A stretch of 63,950 nt of DNA, the filler included, from Thraustochytrium aureum (taxonomy: Eukaryota): the NCBI GenBank assembly GCA_012862495.1. It is 5 parts of 5 records of this genome, joined end to end, with 100 filler letters (N's around TTAATTAATTAA, not from the genome) between each part and the next. Parts side by side here need not be neighbours in the genome. Positions count along the whole stretch, not along the records: positions 1 to 24,342 come from BLSG01000372.1; 4 more parts are not named here. One strand, given 5' to 3'. The position numbers and the translations under genes were made by a program. The notes under the pieces were generated by a model. The model had not been told where the DNA came from, made no database searches, and saw only the letters and a program-made list of their open reading frames with translations. This document shows positions 10,756 through 22,500 of this stretch, piece after piece. Each line of letters begins with the position of its first letter. Position 1 is the first letter of the stretch.

Positions 10756-11584
10756 CCTGTCCTTTGACGCGGCGGCAGCTCAATTTGTCGAGCGCGTTCA
10801 GCCGCCTTCTCCGGCGGCAGCTCTCGCCAGCGACGGCAACGAGGCGGCGAAGCTGGCCAGCTCCCGGCCGTAGCTTGCCGGTTGGATTGCTGTGGCAGCG
10901 GCGCGTCGAACGGGGTTTTGCGGCGGCCCTTGCCCAACTCGGCGGAGAGTTGCGCTGTGGCAGCTTCTCGTCCTGCTGCCACTGCTCCTCCTGATCCCGC
11001 GGCTCGTGCTTCCACTGCCACTACTGCTGCTGACGATCAAGACGATCGTGTTGATGGCGCCCTGCGTTTGGGGATCGATTCGCGCAAATCAGCGACGAGG
11101 CGGTCTTGCTGAAAACGGTAAAAACGGTAACTTGGAAACCCCAAATCAAGGTTGGCCTCTCGAGCAGCAGATTCGCAGCACTCGGCGCTGCCTGCTGGGA
11201 ACCAGCAGCGGCAGCAGCAGCGGCGGCGGCAGTAGAAGCGCGCTGGGCAGACGGTAAACTACTGAGCGGGCTCTGGCCCGGCGCCGAATCGCCGGCGCAG
11301 ACTTGTCCAACCTCACTCCACTCTCGTACCACGCTTCGCAACAACTCAGCTGTGGCCCGCGAGCCGTGGGTGCTGCGTCCCCTTGAGGCGGCTCCGCAGA
11401 CCCAGCGCGCCCTGCTGGACTCGAATCGTTTGCTGCGGCGCCGCCTTGTTGAGCAGACTCTTCCCAGGCCCGACCTGGTGACAACCGCTGTGGCTGCAAC
11501 GCGGCGCTTCGGCGTCCTGGCCGGGCCTGGCGCGCGCGCTCGCGCGGATCAGAGCGCCTTCGGTGCCTGCCCGCGGCCGGGAGA

Positions 11585-12972
11585 ATGACCAGCGTGGATG
11601 CGGGCGATATTGCGGCGCGCACAAAGCACTTTCGCAACTCGCTTGTTGAGGAGTTTCGGCTGAGCGAGTCTGACACCTCGAGCGCCTTCGAAGCACCAAA
11701 GTTTTCCTCAGACGCGTTCCGCAACCCGAATGCAGTGGCAGACATCCTTCGGCACAAGCCACACACGCTCATCAAGTTCAAGATCTTCAAGCGCATCAGG
11801 GAAGAAGTGGACGAGGTCGAGGAGAAGCAAGCCGACAGGACGAAACGGAAGCCCGGCCGGCTCCAGCGCGCGCAGACGGCTCCGACGCTCGCTGCATGGG
11901 CGGGGTGGCTTACGCAGCACCACGTTTTCTCCAAGTCGATCATTTGCACCATCTTTCTGAACGCAGGGGTCCTCGGCTTGCAAACCTTTTTGGACCCCGT
12001 TGAGGACTGGCGCGGGACTCAGCTCTTGGAGATCCTCGACCATGTCACCATGGTCGTGTTCATTCTCGAGATTGCGCTCAAGTGGATCAACAACTTTCGC
12101 GGGTTTTGGAAGGACAGCTGGAACAAGTTTGACTTTATTGTGACGGCCGGCTCGGTCGTGCCGCTGATCGCTTCCGCGGCGGCGGAGACGGGGTCAAAGA
12201 ACGCGGCGAGCTTTGCCGAGCTTGCGGTATCTGTGCGCATCTTTCGGACATTCCGCACGCTCAAGGTGATTGCAAAGTTCCGCAGCCTCAGGATCATCGT
12301 GCGCACGATCATTGAGGCGCTGCAGAGTCTTGGCTTTGTGCTCGTGTTGTTCGTCTTGCTCATGTACATCTTTGCGATTCTCGCAATCGGGATCTTTGCA
12401 GAGTACACCAACTCGAGCATCGAAGGGCTGCGATACCAGGATAAGTTTTCGGACATCATCGCGTCGGTGCGAACCCTGTTCCAGCTGCTCACGCTGGACC
12501 AGTGGTACAACGTCGCGCAGGAGATCACGGAGGTGCCCTCCATCAACAAGATCGTCACCATCACTTTTTTTGTGGTTTGGGTCGCGCTCGGCGCCTTTAT
12601 CTTTCGAAACATCTTTATTGGTGTCATGGTGAAAAACTTTCAGAGCATTTCCCAGGAGCTCTCGCAGCTCGACCAGGCAAGTAGGAAGAAGGCGCGCATG
12701 CAGCGGTATGTCCGCGACTTTCAGGATCACATGGAGGAAAAGAAGCGCAACACACACTGCATAGGCGAACTGCCCCTCGATGACGCAGAGCCGCAGGCCA
12801 AGAAGGAGCGGCGCACGAAGGCCGAGATTGACAGCCCAAGCTCCCCGGGCGGCTTGAACACGGTCAACTCGGTCAGTTCGCTAAAGTCGCGGGCCTCGAA
12901 GGAGGCGAGCGCGGCGATCGAAGAGGTTTTCGCGGATGCCGACAAGGCGCACGAGTGGCAGCAGTCGTGCGC
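11585..12972 (+). CDS. CATSPER2: CatSper2-like 6TM cation channel alpha subunit (3' end in gap)
   Basis: S3 FWKDSWNKFDFIVT; S4 VRIFRTFRTLKVIAKFRSLR; S5-pore IFAEYTNSSIEGLRYQDKFSDIIASVRTLFQLLTLDQWY; S6 WVALGAFIFRNIFIGVMVKNFQSI. These parallel CatSper2 (FSEYTRSP..LEY..FFSDL..SLVTVFILFTLDHWY; WLLLGSIIFRSIIVAMMVTNFQNI). Confidence 0.85.
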
Positions 12973-14159
12973 NNNNNNNNNNNNNNNNNNNNNNNNNNNN
13001 NNNNNNNNNNNNNNNNNNNNNNNNNNNNNNNNNNNNNNNNNNNNNNNNNNNNNNNNNNNNNNNNNNNNNNNNNNNNNNNNNNNNNNNNNNNNNNNNNNNN
13101 NNNNNNNNNNNNNNNNNNNNNNNNNNNNNNNNNNNNNNNNNNNNNNNNNNNNNNNNNNNNNNNNNNNNNNNNNNNNNNNNNNNNNNNNNNNNNNNNNNNN
13201 NNNNNNNNNNNNNNNNNNNNNNNNNNNNNNNNNNNNNNNNNNNNNNNNNNNNNNNNNNNNNNNNNNNNNNNNNNNNNNNNNNNNNNNNNNNNNNNNNNNN
13301 NNNNNNNNNNNNNNNNNNNNNNNNNNNNNNNNNNNNNNNNNNNNNNNNNNNNNNNNNNNNNNNNNNNNNNNNNNNNNNNNNNNNNNNNNNNNNNNNNNNN
13401 NNNNNNNNNNNNNNNNNNNNNNNNNNNNNNNNNNNNNNNNNNNNNNNNNNNNNNNNNNNNNNNNNNNNNNNNNNNNNNNNNNNNNNNNNNNNNNNNNNNN
13501 NNNNNNNNNNNNNNNNNNNNNNNNNNNNNNNNNNNNNNNNNNNNNNNNNNNNNNNNNNNNNNNNNNNNNNNNNNNNNNNNNNNNNNNNNNNNNNNNNNNN
13601 NNNNNNNNNNNNNNNNNNNNNNNNNNNNNNNNNNNNNNNNNNNNNNNNNNNNNNNNNNNNNNNNNNNNNNNNNNNNNNNNNNNNNNNNNNNNNNNNNNNN
13701 NNNNNNNNNNNNNNNNNNNNNNNNNNNNNNNNNNNNNNNNNNNNNNNNNNNNNNNNNNNNNNNNNNNNNNNNNNNNNNNNNNNNNNNNNNNNNGTTTGGT
13801 AGCAAAGGTGCAAGAAACTGCTCTGCTGGAGTCGTGGTTTTGGCGGGGCGTGGTGTTAGAGGACCCGGGGTCTGAACTGCGCGGAGGCGCGGGAATGGGC
13901 GTCGCGATGGCGCGCGGGATGGGACGCGGGGACGGCGCGATGGCGGGGCTGGGCGCGGGCGCGCTTGAGGAGGACGGGGAGGCGGGGAATGGTACTCACA
14001 GAAGATTTTTTTGCAGGCAGGTGAGCGGCAGATAGCGGGCGCGCGGTTGGTGCGACACGAGTCCTGTGGTCGAGCGCGGGCCGAGCTGACCGAGCGCTGC
14101 GGCGCGCTCTTGCGCCGTGCTCTGGCTAATCAAGGTAGCTGTAGGTACTCTACTAGAGG

Positions 14160-14616
14160 CTAGTGCCCGTTCGCGTACTTGCGCGTGTACTCGCGCGCGG
14201 TGTTCTCGGCGTCCGCCTTGTCGCGCTTCCAGTGCTCGGCGATGGTCGTGTCGAGCGGGTCGTCCGGCTCGGGCGCGGAGAGGAGCGCAGAGACGCTGAG
14301 GAGCACCGTGCGGATCTGTAGAGCGGGCGACCACTTGTCCTTGAGGATGTCGAGGCAGATGCGCCCCAGCTTGTCAAAGTTCGGATGGTACAACTTGGTC
14401 ATGCAGCGCACCCGTGGCGGCGCCATGGGGTAGTCCTCCGGCAGGAACAGCTCAAAGTTGAACAAGCCGCCTTCATACGGCGTCCCGTCCGGGCCCGCAA
14501 GCTGCACCTTGAAGTGCCGCGGGTTGTCCGGAAAGTTTTCGCACGAGATGCCCGCCACGGGCTCCGCCTTGAGCCGCTGGCTCTCCCTTGAGGATGCGCC
14601 TCGGCAAGCCCGCCAT
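14160..14616 (-). CDS. UBC13: Ubiquitin-conjugating enzyme E2 N (Ubc13); one extra base in a homopolymer
   Basis: [10 protein letters not shown] then, after removing one base from the CCC run at 14585-14587, ESQRL...[23 protein letters not shown]...[32 protein letters not shown]...PDDPL. Confidence 0.95.
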
Positions 14617-16580
14617 CCTGCGCCCCCGTCCCGGCCCCTCGCCGCGGCCCGTGCAAGCAGGCGCTCCGCAAGCGCCGCCGCGCGAAGGTACGGTACTGGT
14701 CGCGCGCGGGCTTTCTTCCCGCGGACAGCGCCGGGAAGCACGAAGAAGGAAAAAACCTCGCGCAAGCGCACGCCGCGCAGCCCGCGCAGCCCGCGCAGCC
14801 GCAACGCACGGCGACGCAAGAAGCTCGAAGCGCGCGCACAGGCCCTCGCGCACAAGCACACGCCGCCCGCTCGCTCCCCAGCACCGACTCGCCTCTGCTG
14901 CCCGCCGGTCGGCAGCCGCCCTGACCCACAACCTAACCCAGCCCGCTATATCCTATTCATCCCGCAAAATAAATCCCTAAATCCGATTTTTTGATTTTGA
15001 ATTTTCAATCAAATCTGGTTTGTCGTGTGCTTTGGCGACCGCTCGCGCAGGCCTCGGCTGGTCGCTGCGCGTGGCTCGGCCGCTGGAAGACTGTNNNNNN
15101 NNNNNNNNNNNNNNNNNNNNNNNNNNNNNNNNNNNNNNNNNNNNNNNNNNNNNNNNNNNNNNNNNNNNNNNNNNNNNNNNNNNNNNNNNNNNNNNNNNNN
15201 NNNNNNNNNNNNNNNNNNNNNNNNNNNNNNNNNNNNNNNNNNNNNNNNNNNNNNNNNNNNNNNNNNNNNNNNNNNNNNNNNNNNNNNNNNNNNNNNNNNN
15301 NNNNNNNNNNNNNNNNNNNNNNNNNNNNNNNNNNNNNNNNNNNNNNNNNNNNNNNNNNNNNNNNNNNNNNNNNNNNNNNNNNNNNNNNNNNNNNNNNNNN
15401 NNNNNNNNNNNNNNNNNNNNNNNNNNNNNNNNNNNNNNNNNNNNNNNNNNNNNNNNNNNNNNNNNNNNNNNNNNNNNNNNNNNNNNNNNNNNNNNNNNNN
15501 NNNNNNNNNNNNNNNNNNNNNNNNNNNNNNNNNNNNNNNNNNNNNNNNNNNNNNNNNNNNNNNNNNNNNNNNNNNNNNNNNNNNNNNNNNNNNNNNNNNN
15601 NNNNNNNNNNNNNNNNNNNNNNNNNNNNNNNNNNNNNNNNNNNNNNNNNNNNNNNNNNNNNNNNNNNNNNNNNNNNNNNNGGGTTCGCCAATCCGGCAGG
15701 CCGCCCGAAGCCCGACCCGGCCCAGCCCCGGGCAGCGCGTGGGCCTGGGCAAACTGAGGCGCCGCAGCTTTGCACTTAGCGAGGACAACGACCGTCCCGG
15801 ACGACGAGCCCCTCCAACGCCAGCACGCACAGCAAGACGAGCAGCCCGCGCCCGCGCAGCGTTCATTCGCCTGCGAGCCAGGCCGGCAACGATCCACCAG
15901 CGCGCCGCCGACCGCGAACCGTTTCTGTGACCTCGGCTTCGGACGACGCCGAGTTTGTTGCTGTCGAGATCAAGCACGCCAAGGCGTCGGAAGCGCCCCG
16001 CGAAGCGCTCACTGAACACCAGCGCGAGCTTGCAGGGCACCACGAAGCAGAGGCGTTCTTGATGTAGCACCGCGGTGCCGACAGGTCGGGCCTGGCCCGC
16101 GCCGTCCTGCAGCGAAGGGTTGTAGAGAAAACTTTGAACAGCAACAGCAACAACAACTAAGACTGCTTTCTGGTGACTTCGCTAAGGGTCCTCGCTGGCC
16201 TCCGCTCCTGTCGGCGCAGACGAGAGAACGAACGGGCAAGCGGCAGTTCTTCTACAACTCGTTGTGGCGCGATCGCAGCGGCTCTCGCGAGTCGCTGCGA
16301 GGGCGGCGTTTCGCAAGAGGAGCATCCGCGGGGCTCTCCTCGCTATCACTCTGACTTTGAGCGCGCAGCATGGCTGCCGGCGACGAGGGCACGCGCACCG
16401 TTCGCGGCGGCGGCGTTCGTTCCACAGAGCGCCGCAGCTTTGCTGGGTGAGGCCTCTGTGGAGTCTCATACACGGGCGAAGGACTCGGCGACTTTTGCGC
16501 CTGTCCGTGCGGCGGCGGCAGTTCCGCGGCGCCCCAAAGCTCAGGCGACATCGAACCAGAGCTACGCGCGCTCTGTGGCG

Positions 16581-19500
16581 TTAGCTGGCCTTTGGGAGCG
16601 TTGTGGGAAGGATTCGCCGCCGCCGCCGCGGCCGCCGCCGCCGCTCGCAGGGCACGAGAACCGCGTCGCTCAATGGACGCGGCTTCGCGTTGGACGGCGA
16701 GAGCTTTCGATGCGTCGGCGGCAAGCCCTGCGCCGACTGCGCCGGCACGTGGCTGCGGCTGCTGGAGCGCCGCCGAATGCGTGTGGTGTACGACCCATCA
16801 AGGTCGAGGGCAAAACCTCCTGAACCTGACGAGGAAATGTTGCGTCGCGAAGGAGACATGGTCTCGGCATGGGCAGAAAGCACGCGCATCAGCTCTTGCG
16901 TCGGCGAGGGCGACCCCGTGAGCCAGGTCTGGAGCGTGAGGTCAAACGCTGTAGGAAACATGCGGCTGACGCCGTTCCCTGCAAAGCTCGCCCGCGGCGC
17001 GGCCGTCTCGTTCCGCGACAGAAACTCGCCGCAGTACGTGTGCAACAGGAAAGAGTTGAGCTTGACCTCATACTCCATCTCCATTTTGGCGGCGAGCTTG
17101 GCGGCCTTGCGGAAGGAGCCCGCTGCCTTGGCGCCCTTTCGCCGGAGGGTGTTCATGAGGCCCTTGCACCGGTAGGCGGCGGGCCGCGTTCCCGGAAAGG
17201 TCTCGCTGAAGGCCTTGAAGCTCTTGCAAAGGTGTTTGAGGCTGTCTGTTGTGAACGACATGCTGAACCGCTTGCTCGGCTTTGGAGCTCGCATCAAAGG
17301 GCCTGGACGGAAAAACACAACCTGCGCGACCGCGTAAAACAGCACCTCGTAAACGACGCCAAGATACCAGACCACAGACTGTTGTCCGTTCTCCAGCAAG
17401 CAGTTCCAGGCCACCACGGCGTATTGGAGCGCTTCGCTGCGGTTGAACTGGGGGCTGTTGCGGTCCCCCAGCTTCCACGACTTGATCGCGGCCCACAGCG
17501 CCTTGTCAACGGTCATCAGCCTATCGCCTTGGCTTGCACCGGGACCGCCGCTCGCGTCGATGCCGTCCTCGCCGTCGGCCGTTTCTTCAAACTGCGCAAG
17601 TGCACGGGCCGCGAGAGAGCTCTTCGTTCCGGCCTGCGGGGCGCCAAACGCGCTCGTCATGTTGTTGGCGCCACCGCCGCCCCCCATCGCACTTCTGCCT
17701 GCACGAACCAAGCTGGGGCCGCCAGACCCGGGCGCCGAGCCGGTCGCAGCATACATGCCCGCCCCGTCTCGACTGGGCGAGCGCTGCGGAGTCATGTTGG
17801 TCAGGCTCGCGGGCCTGGTCAGCCCGCCAGCGACCTTGGACAGCGACCCCGGACAGCANNNNNNNNNNNNNNNNNNNNNNNNNNNNNNNNNNNNNNNNNN
17901 NNNNNNNNNNNNNNNNNNNNNNNNNNNNNNNNNNNNNNNNNNNNNNNNNNNNNNNNNNNNNNNNNNNNNNNNNNNNNNNNNNNNNNNNNNNNNNNNNNNN
18001 NNNNNNNNNNNNNNNNNNNNNNNNNNNNNNNNNNNNNNNNNNNNNNNNNNNNNNNNNNNNNNNNNNNNNNNNNNNNNNNNNNNNNNNNNNNNNNNNNNNN
18101 NNNNNNNNNNNNNNNNNNNNNNNNNNNNNNNNNNNNNNNNNNNNNNNNNNNNNNNNNNNNNNNNNNNNNNNNNNNNNNNNNNNNNNNNNNNNNNNNNNNN
18201 NNNNNNNNNNNNNNNNNNNNNNNNNNNNNNNNNNNNNNNNNNNNNNNNNNNNNNNNNNNNNNNNNNNNNNNNNNNNNNNNNNNNNNNNNNNNNNNNNNNN
18301 NNNNNNNNNNNNNNNNNNNNNNNNNNNNNNNNNNNNNNNNNNNNNNNNNNNNNNNNNNNNNNNNNNNNNNNNNNNNNNNNNNNNNNNNNNNNNNNNNNNN
18401 NNNNNNNNNNNNNNNNNNNNNNNNNNNNNNNNNNNNNNNNNNNNNNNNNNNNNNNNNNNNNNNNNNNNNNNNNNNNNNNNNNNNNNNNNNNNNNNNNNNN
18501 NNNNNNNNNNNNNNNNNNNNNNNNNNNNNNNNNNNNNNNNNNNNNNNNNNNNNNNNNNNNNNNNNNNNNNNNNNNNNNNNNNNNNNNNNNNNNNNNNNNN
18601 NNNNNNNNNNNNNNNNNNNNNNNNNNNNNNNNNNNNNNNNNNNNNNNNNNNNNNNNNNNNNNNNNNNNNNNNNNNNNNNNNNNNNNNNNNNNNNNNNNNN
18701 NNNNNNNNNNNNNNNNNNNNNNNNNNNNNNNNNNNNNNNNNNNNNNNNNNNNNNNNNNNNNNNNNNNNNNNNNNNNNNGCGGTGGAGGCACCGCACTGTG
18801 TTTTCTCGTCCTTGGCCTTTCGATAGTGGTGCGCCAGGAGCGGCTCGAGGAACTCGTTCTCGAGCGCTGACAGGCACTGCGCTGTCTGCAAGTGGTACCG
18901 CCCCACTTCACCCGGCGGAATCTGGTTGTACACTGCATGATAGTAGTAGTCGTGCGCAACGCGAAACATTTGCTCGCCGCCAGGGTCCGAGTTGAACGAG
19001 TGCGCCACAAAGCGCTCGCGCCTCAACTCGTCGATTATGCTCTGGTACCGATGAAGCTCCACCGAGGCCAGGCGTTCGCGCACCACGTCGTGCAGGGTGA
19101 AGTGGCCCCGGACAGCGCGGACGCACTGCATCACAGTCTGCAGGTCCTCACCGAGGTGGACAACGCTGAGGTCGTCCGACAGAGCGTAAAACTGCTCGTC
19201 CTTTTCGCTCTTGAGACCGCTGATAAGCTTGATGTGCCGGAGCTTGACGAGCTCGTCGAGCTTGTCTTGCACGTCAGAAAAGACGAGCAGGTCGCGAATC
19301 ATCGTCACCGTAAAGTCGGACTCAACGACGCAGGCCCACACGAATGCTTGCTTCCAGACCTCCTCCTTCAGGTTGTCAAAGCGCTGGAGGATGGCGCCTT
19401 CCAGGCCCGCAGAAAAACGACCTCCATGCTCGCCTTGTCCTCGTCAAAGGTCCACTCGCCAACATCGTTGCGCTTGATGTACTTGTTGGCCATCATGCCG

Positions 19501-22500
19501 CGCACGTACTCGATCGCCCACAGCGGCAAGCCGTTGCAGGAGCTCATCACGCGTTTGATCATGTCAGCGGGCCAATTGGCGATGCCAAAGCTGTGCGTGA
19601 GCAGGTCGACGATCTCCTCCTCATTGAGCGGGCCTAGCTCAAACGGGTAGATAAAGGGGCTCCCGCTCAGGCGAAACCCAAGCCGCTTTTGCACGCGGTC
19701 GACGGCCGAGCTGCGGATCGTGGCGACCACCATGACGCCAGGGCAGTGTGGGCCGATGATGTTGCGCAACAGCGTCATGGAGAGGTCGTCCAGCCACTCG
19801 AGGTCGTCGATGGTGACGCACACCTTTTCTTTCTTCTGCTCGAGCGTGAGCATGACCACGAGACACAGCACTTCGGCAAAGAGGGCGTCGGTGCTGTTGA
19901 GTGTCTTGTTGGAGGCGAGGTCGTCTTCGAAGCTGCTGCCGTCCAGCCGCATGCTCTCGTGCTGCTTGTGCGGGTTGGAGCTTGCAAGGATGTGAACGAT
20001 GCACTGTGCGAGGTCGCGCGGCTTGCTGCTCAGGAAAACGCCGATTGTGGTTTCGTCGATCTTGCTTGCGATCAGCGGGTATGTGTAGCGAAAGTGGAGG
20101 ACTTGCTGGTTGAGCTTGCGTCGGTTGCTCATCTCGGCGAGGTCGTCGTCGTCTTCATCCTCGTCTTGCTCGAGGCCGTCCTCGTCCTCGCCAGCTTCGT
20201 CCTCCTCTTCCTCCTCTTCCTCCTCTTCTTCCTCCCTGTCTGTCTCAAACTGCTCCTCGGGCCCGCTTGGGTCCAACAGCTCTTCCTGCATCTGAGCTTG
20301 CACCTGCTGCTGCTGCTGCTGTTGGTATGGCGGGCAGTTTGGCGCTGGCGGGAGGGGCGACGAGCGGCGCTTGCTGTCACTGCTGAGGCGGCGGCTGAGG
20401 CGACCACGCATGCGCCCAAGTTTGCTCTTGGGCTTGTGCGCGCTGGGCGCACTCTTTCCGCGCTGGTCGTCCTCGTCATCGGCGAGGTCGAGGTCGAGCG
20501 GGCGGGTCTCAAGGGTGTCGCCCTCCGAGTCGTCGTCAGAAGATGACGAGGACGACGAAGACGGGAAGACACTGTCCATCGACCCGAACCGCCCCAGCTT
20601 GGAGGCGACATGGGCGAGCGCAGGACTCTTTGAGAGCGACAAGCGTTTGCCGCTCGTGCGCTGCCTCCCGGAGCGTTGCTTTGGAGTGGCTCGTTTGCTC
20701 TCTGTGTCCTGCTCGGGTCCTTGCGTGAGGTTTTCCCGGCTCCCAATGCGGCCGATGAGTCGCGCCTCCGTGGTCTGTTGAAACTGCTGCTCTTCGCACA
20801 TCCTGGAAAGCGCGTTTCGAAGCTGCATCACCTTTTGGTCGGGGTCGCTTCCCGAATGCCCCACGTTTGTGGCGACCCCATCGGGCGAGAGGGGCCCAGG
20901 CAGTACGACGTGGGACGAGGACTGGGCGAGGGAGCGCGCGGTGCCCGCTTTGTAAACCACACCAGGGCTAGAGCCCATCTCAGTCTGGCCGCAGGTGCTG
21001 GCGAGGCCTGCAGAGGAGCCCCCAAAGGCAGAATCCGGTGTCTTGTTGCCTGACGGCTNNNNNNNNNNNNNNNNNNNNNNNNNNNNNNNNNNNNNNNNNN
21101 NNNNNNNNNNNNNNNNNNNNNNNNNNNNNNNNNNNNNNNNNNNNNNNNNNNNNNNNNNNNNNNNNNNNNNNNNNNNNNNNNNNNNNNNNNNNNNNNNNNN
21201 NNNNNCATTTTGACAGAGGCGGTCTTGTCCAAGTTGAGCCCAATGCCGATCCCCAAGCCGCCAATGCCGCTCGCGCCCATGTTGACCGAGCAAATGCGCG
21301 CATGCACCTTTGATGCGCCCTGAAGCGGCATCGCAATACTAGGCGCCCCAGCAACTGCGCAGGCCGTGGAAAGGGCGGCAGAGCCTGTCCCAGCGTGAGC
21401 AATTAAGCCGCTGGCGGCGCCGTGGTCGAAGTGCGGCGCGCCAAACCCGTACGAGTCTCGGCCTGGGACGGCGTTCGGATAGAACTGGTTGTACGAAGAC
21501 GAGAGCCCAGACGCGGCTGCGGCGGCGAGAAAGTCGACGTTGTCCGGGTCGTCCGGCCCTGCCGCCAGGCGGGCCACGGCGACTTGGAGGCTGTCTATTA
21601 GGTTTGTGAGAACCTGCTGGTCCTCCTCGATATTGTTGAGCGGGAGCTCAAAGAGGTCGCAGAGAAACCCTTTGAGGCCGTCGTAGGCAATCTTGGGCCC
21701 CCCGCTGTTGCTGTACAGGCCGTGGTTAGAGCTGTAGCCGTAAAAGGGTATCCTTGAACCCGACCGGTTGCAGGTCCCGCCCAAGACCTTGATCGAGGAG
21801 TAGATGTAGTTTGTGCGGATCTCGCGACGCGCCCACTCGAGCAAGTTCGACTTGCCCATGCCCTCCTCGCCCTGGATCAGGATGCACGGGTCGAGCACCC
21901 CCTTGGTGAAGGCGAAGAGGCGATGCGACACAAAGGCCTTCTCCTGGTTCCGGCCAAAGCAGACCGAGTCCTCGAGCGAGGCATCGTCAGAAAGCGGGGA
22001 GGCAAGCGGGTCAAGGTCCTCGGGACCGTGCATTAGAGGGCCCAGTGGCTGCGAAGCCGCGCCGGCCCAGCTCGCCGTCGTGGCGTGCTGGGCCTCGAGG
22101 AGAGACTCGGATGAGGCGCTGAGCAGCGACTCGGACGAGGTGCAGCTGAGGAAGCTCTCGGCGCGCTTTTGCGCGTTGTGGCTGCGCGTTGGCTTGAAAA
22201 TGTTGACCTTTTCCCGGATGCCCTTGACGTGCACACTGTCAACCTTGACAAAGGCGGGGCCCGCTTGTGCTGGCCGATGCCGAGCTTGACGCTCTCGGCG
22301 GTCGTCTCGTCGCAGAGAATGCCCTCGTCGCGCGTGTAGGCGACGTTCATGAGTCGTGCGGCGAGGTTGACGCAGTTGCCAACGACAGAAAAACTCGCGG
22401 CGCTCGAGCCGGCCGTGGTAGGCGTCCTCGGAATCGGCTCGGCGCGACCCGATCGGGCCGCAGAAGGCGCGCCCCGTTGTGATCCCGATGCTGGTCTTGA

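Noticed and set aside
10860..11580. Short ORFs between the orphan gene and CatSper2, including a Leu-rich pseudo-signal peptide
   Set aside because: They derive from CTG/CAG low-complexity sequence with no homology; probably UTR or promoter.
15681..16580. Possible minus-strand exon after a polypyrimidine-CAG at about 16108 (…RLGVLDLDSNKLG)
   Set aside because: Only a single LRR-like word, no identifiable upstream exon or start, and it runs into a gap. It could equally be the cyclase 3' UTR.
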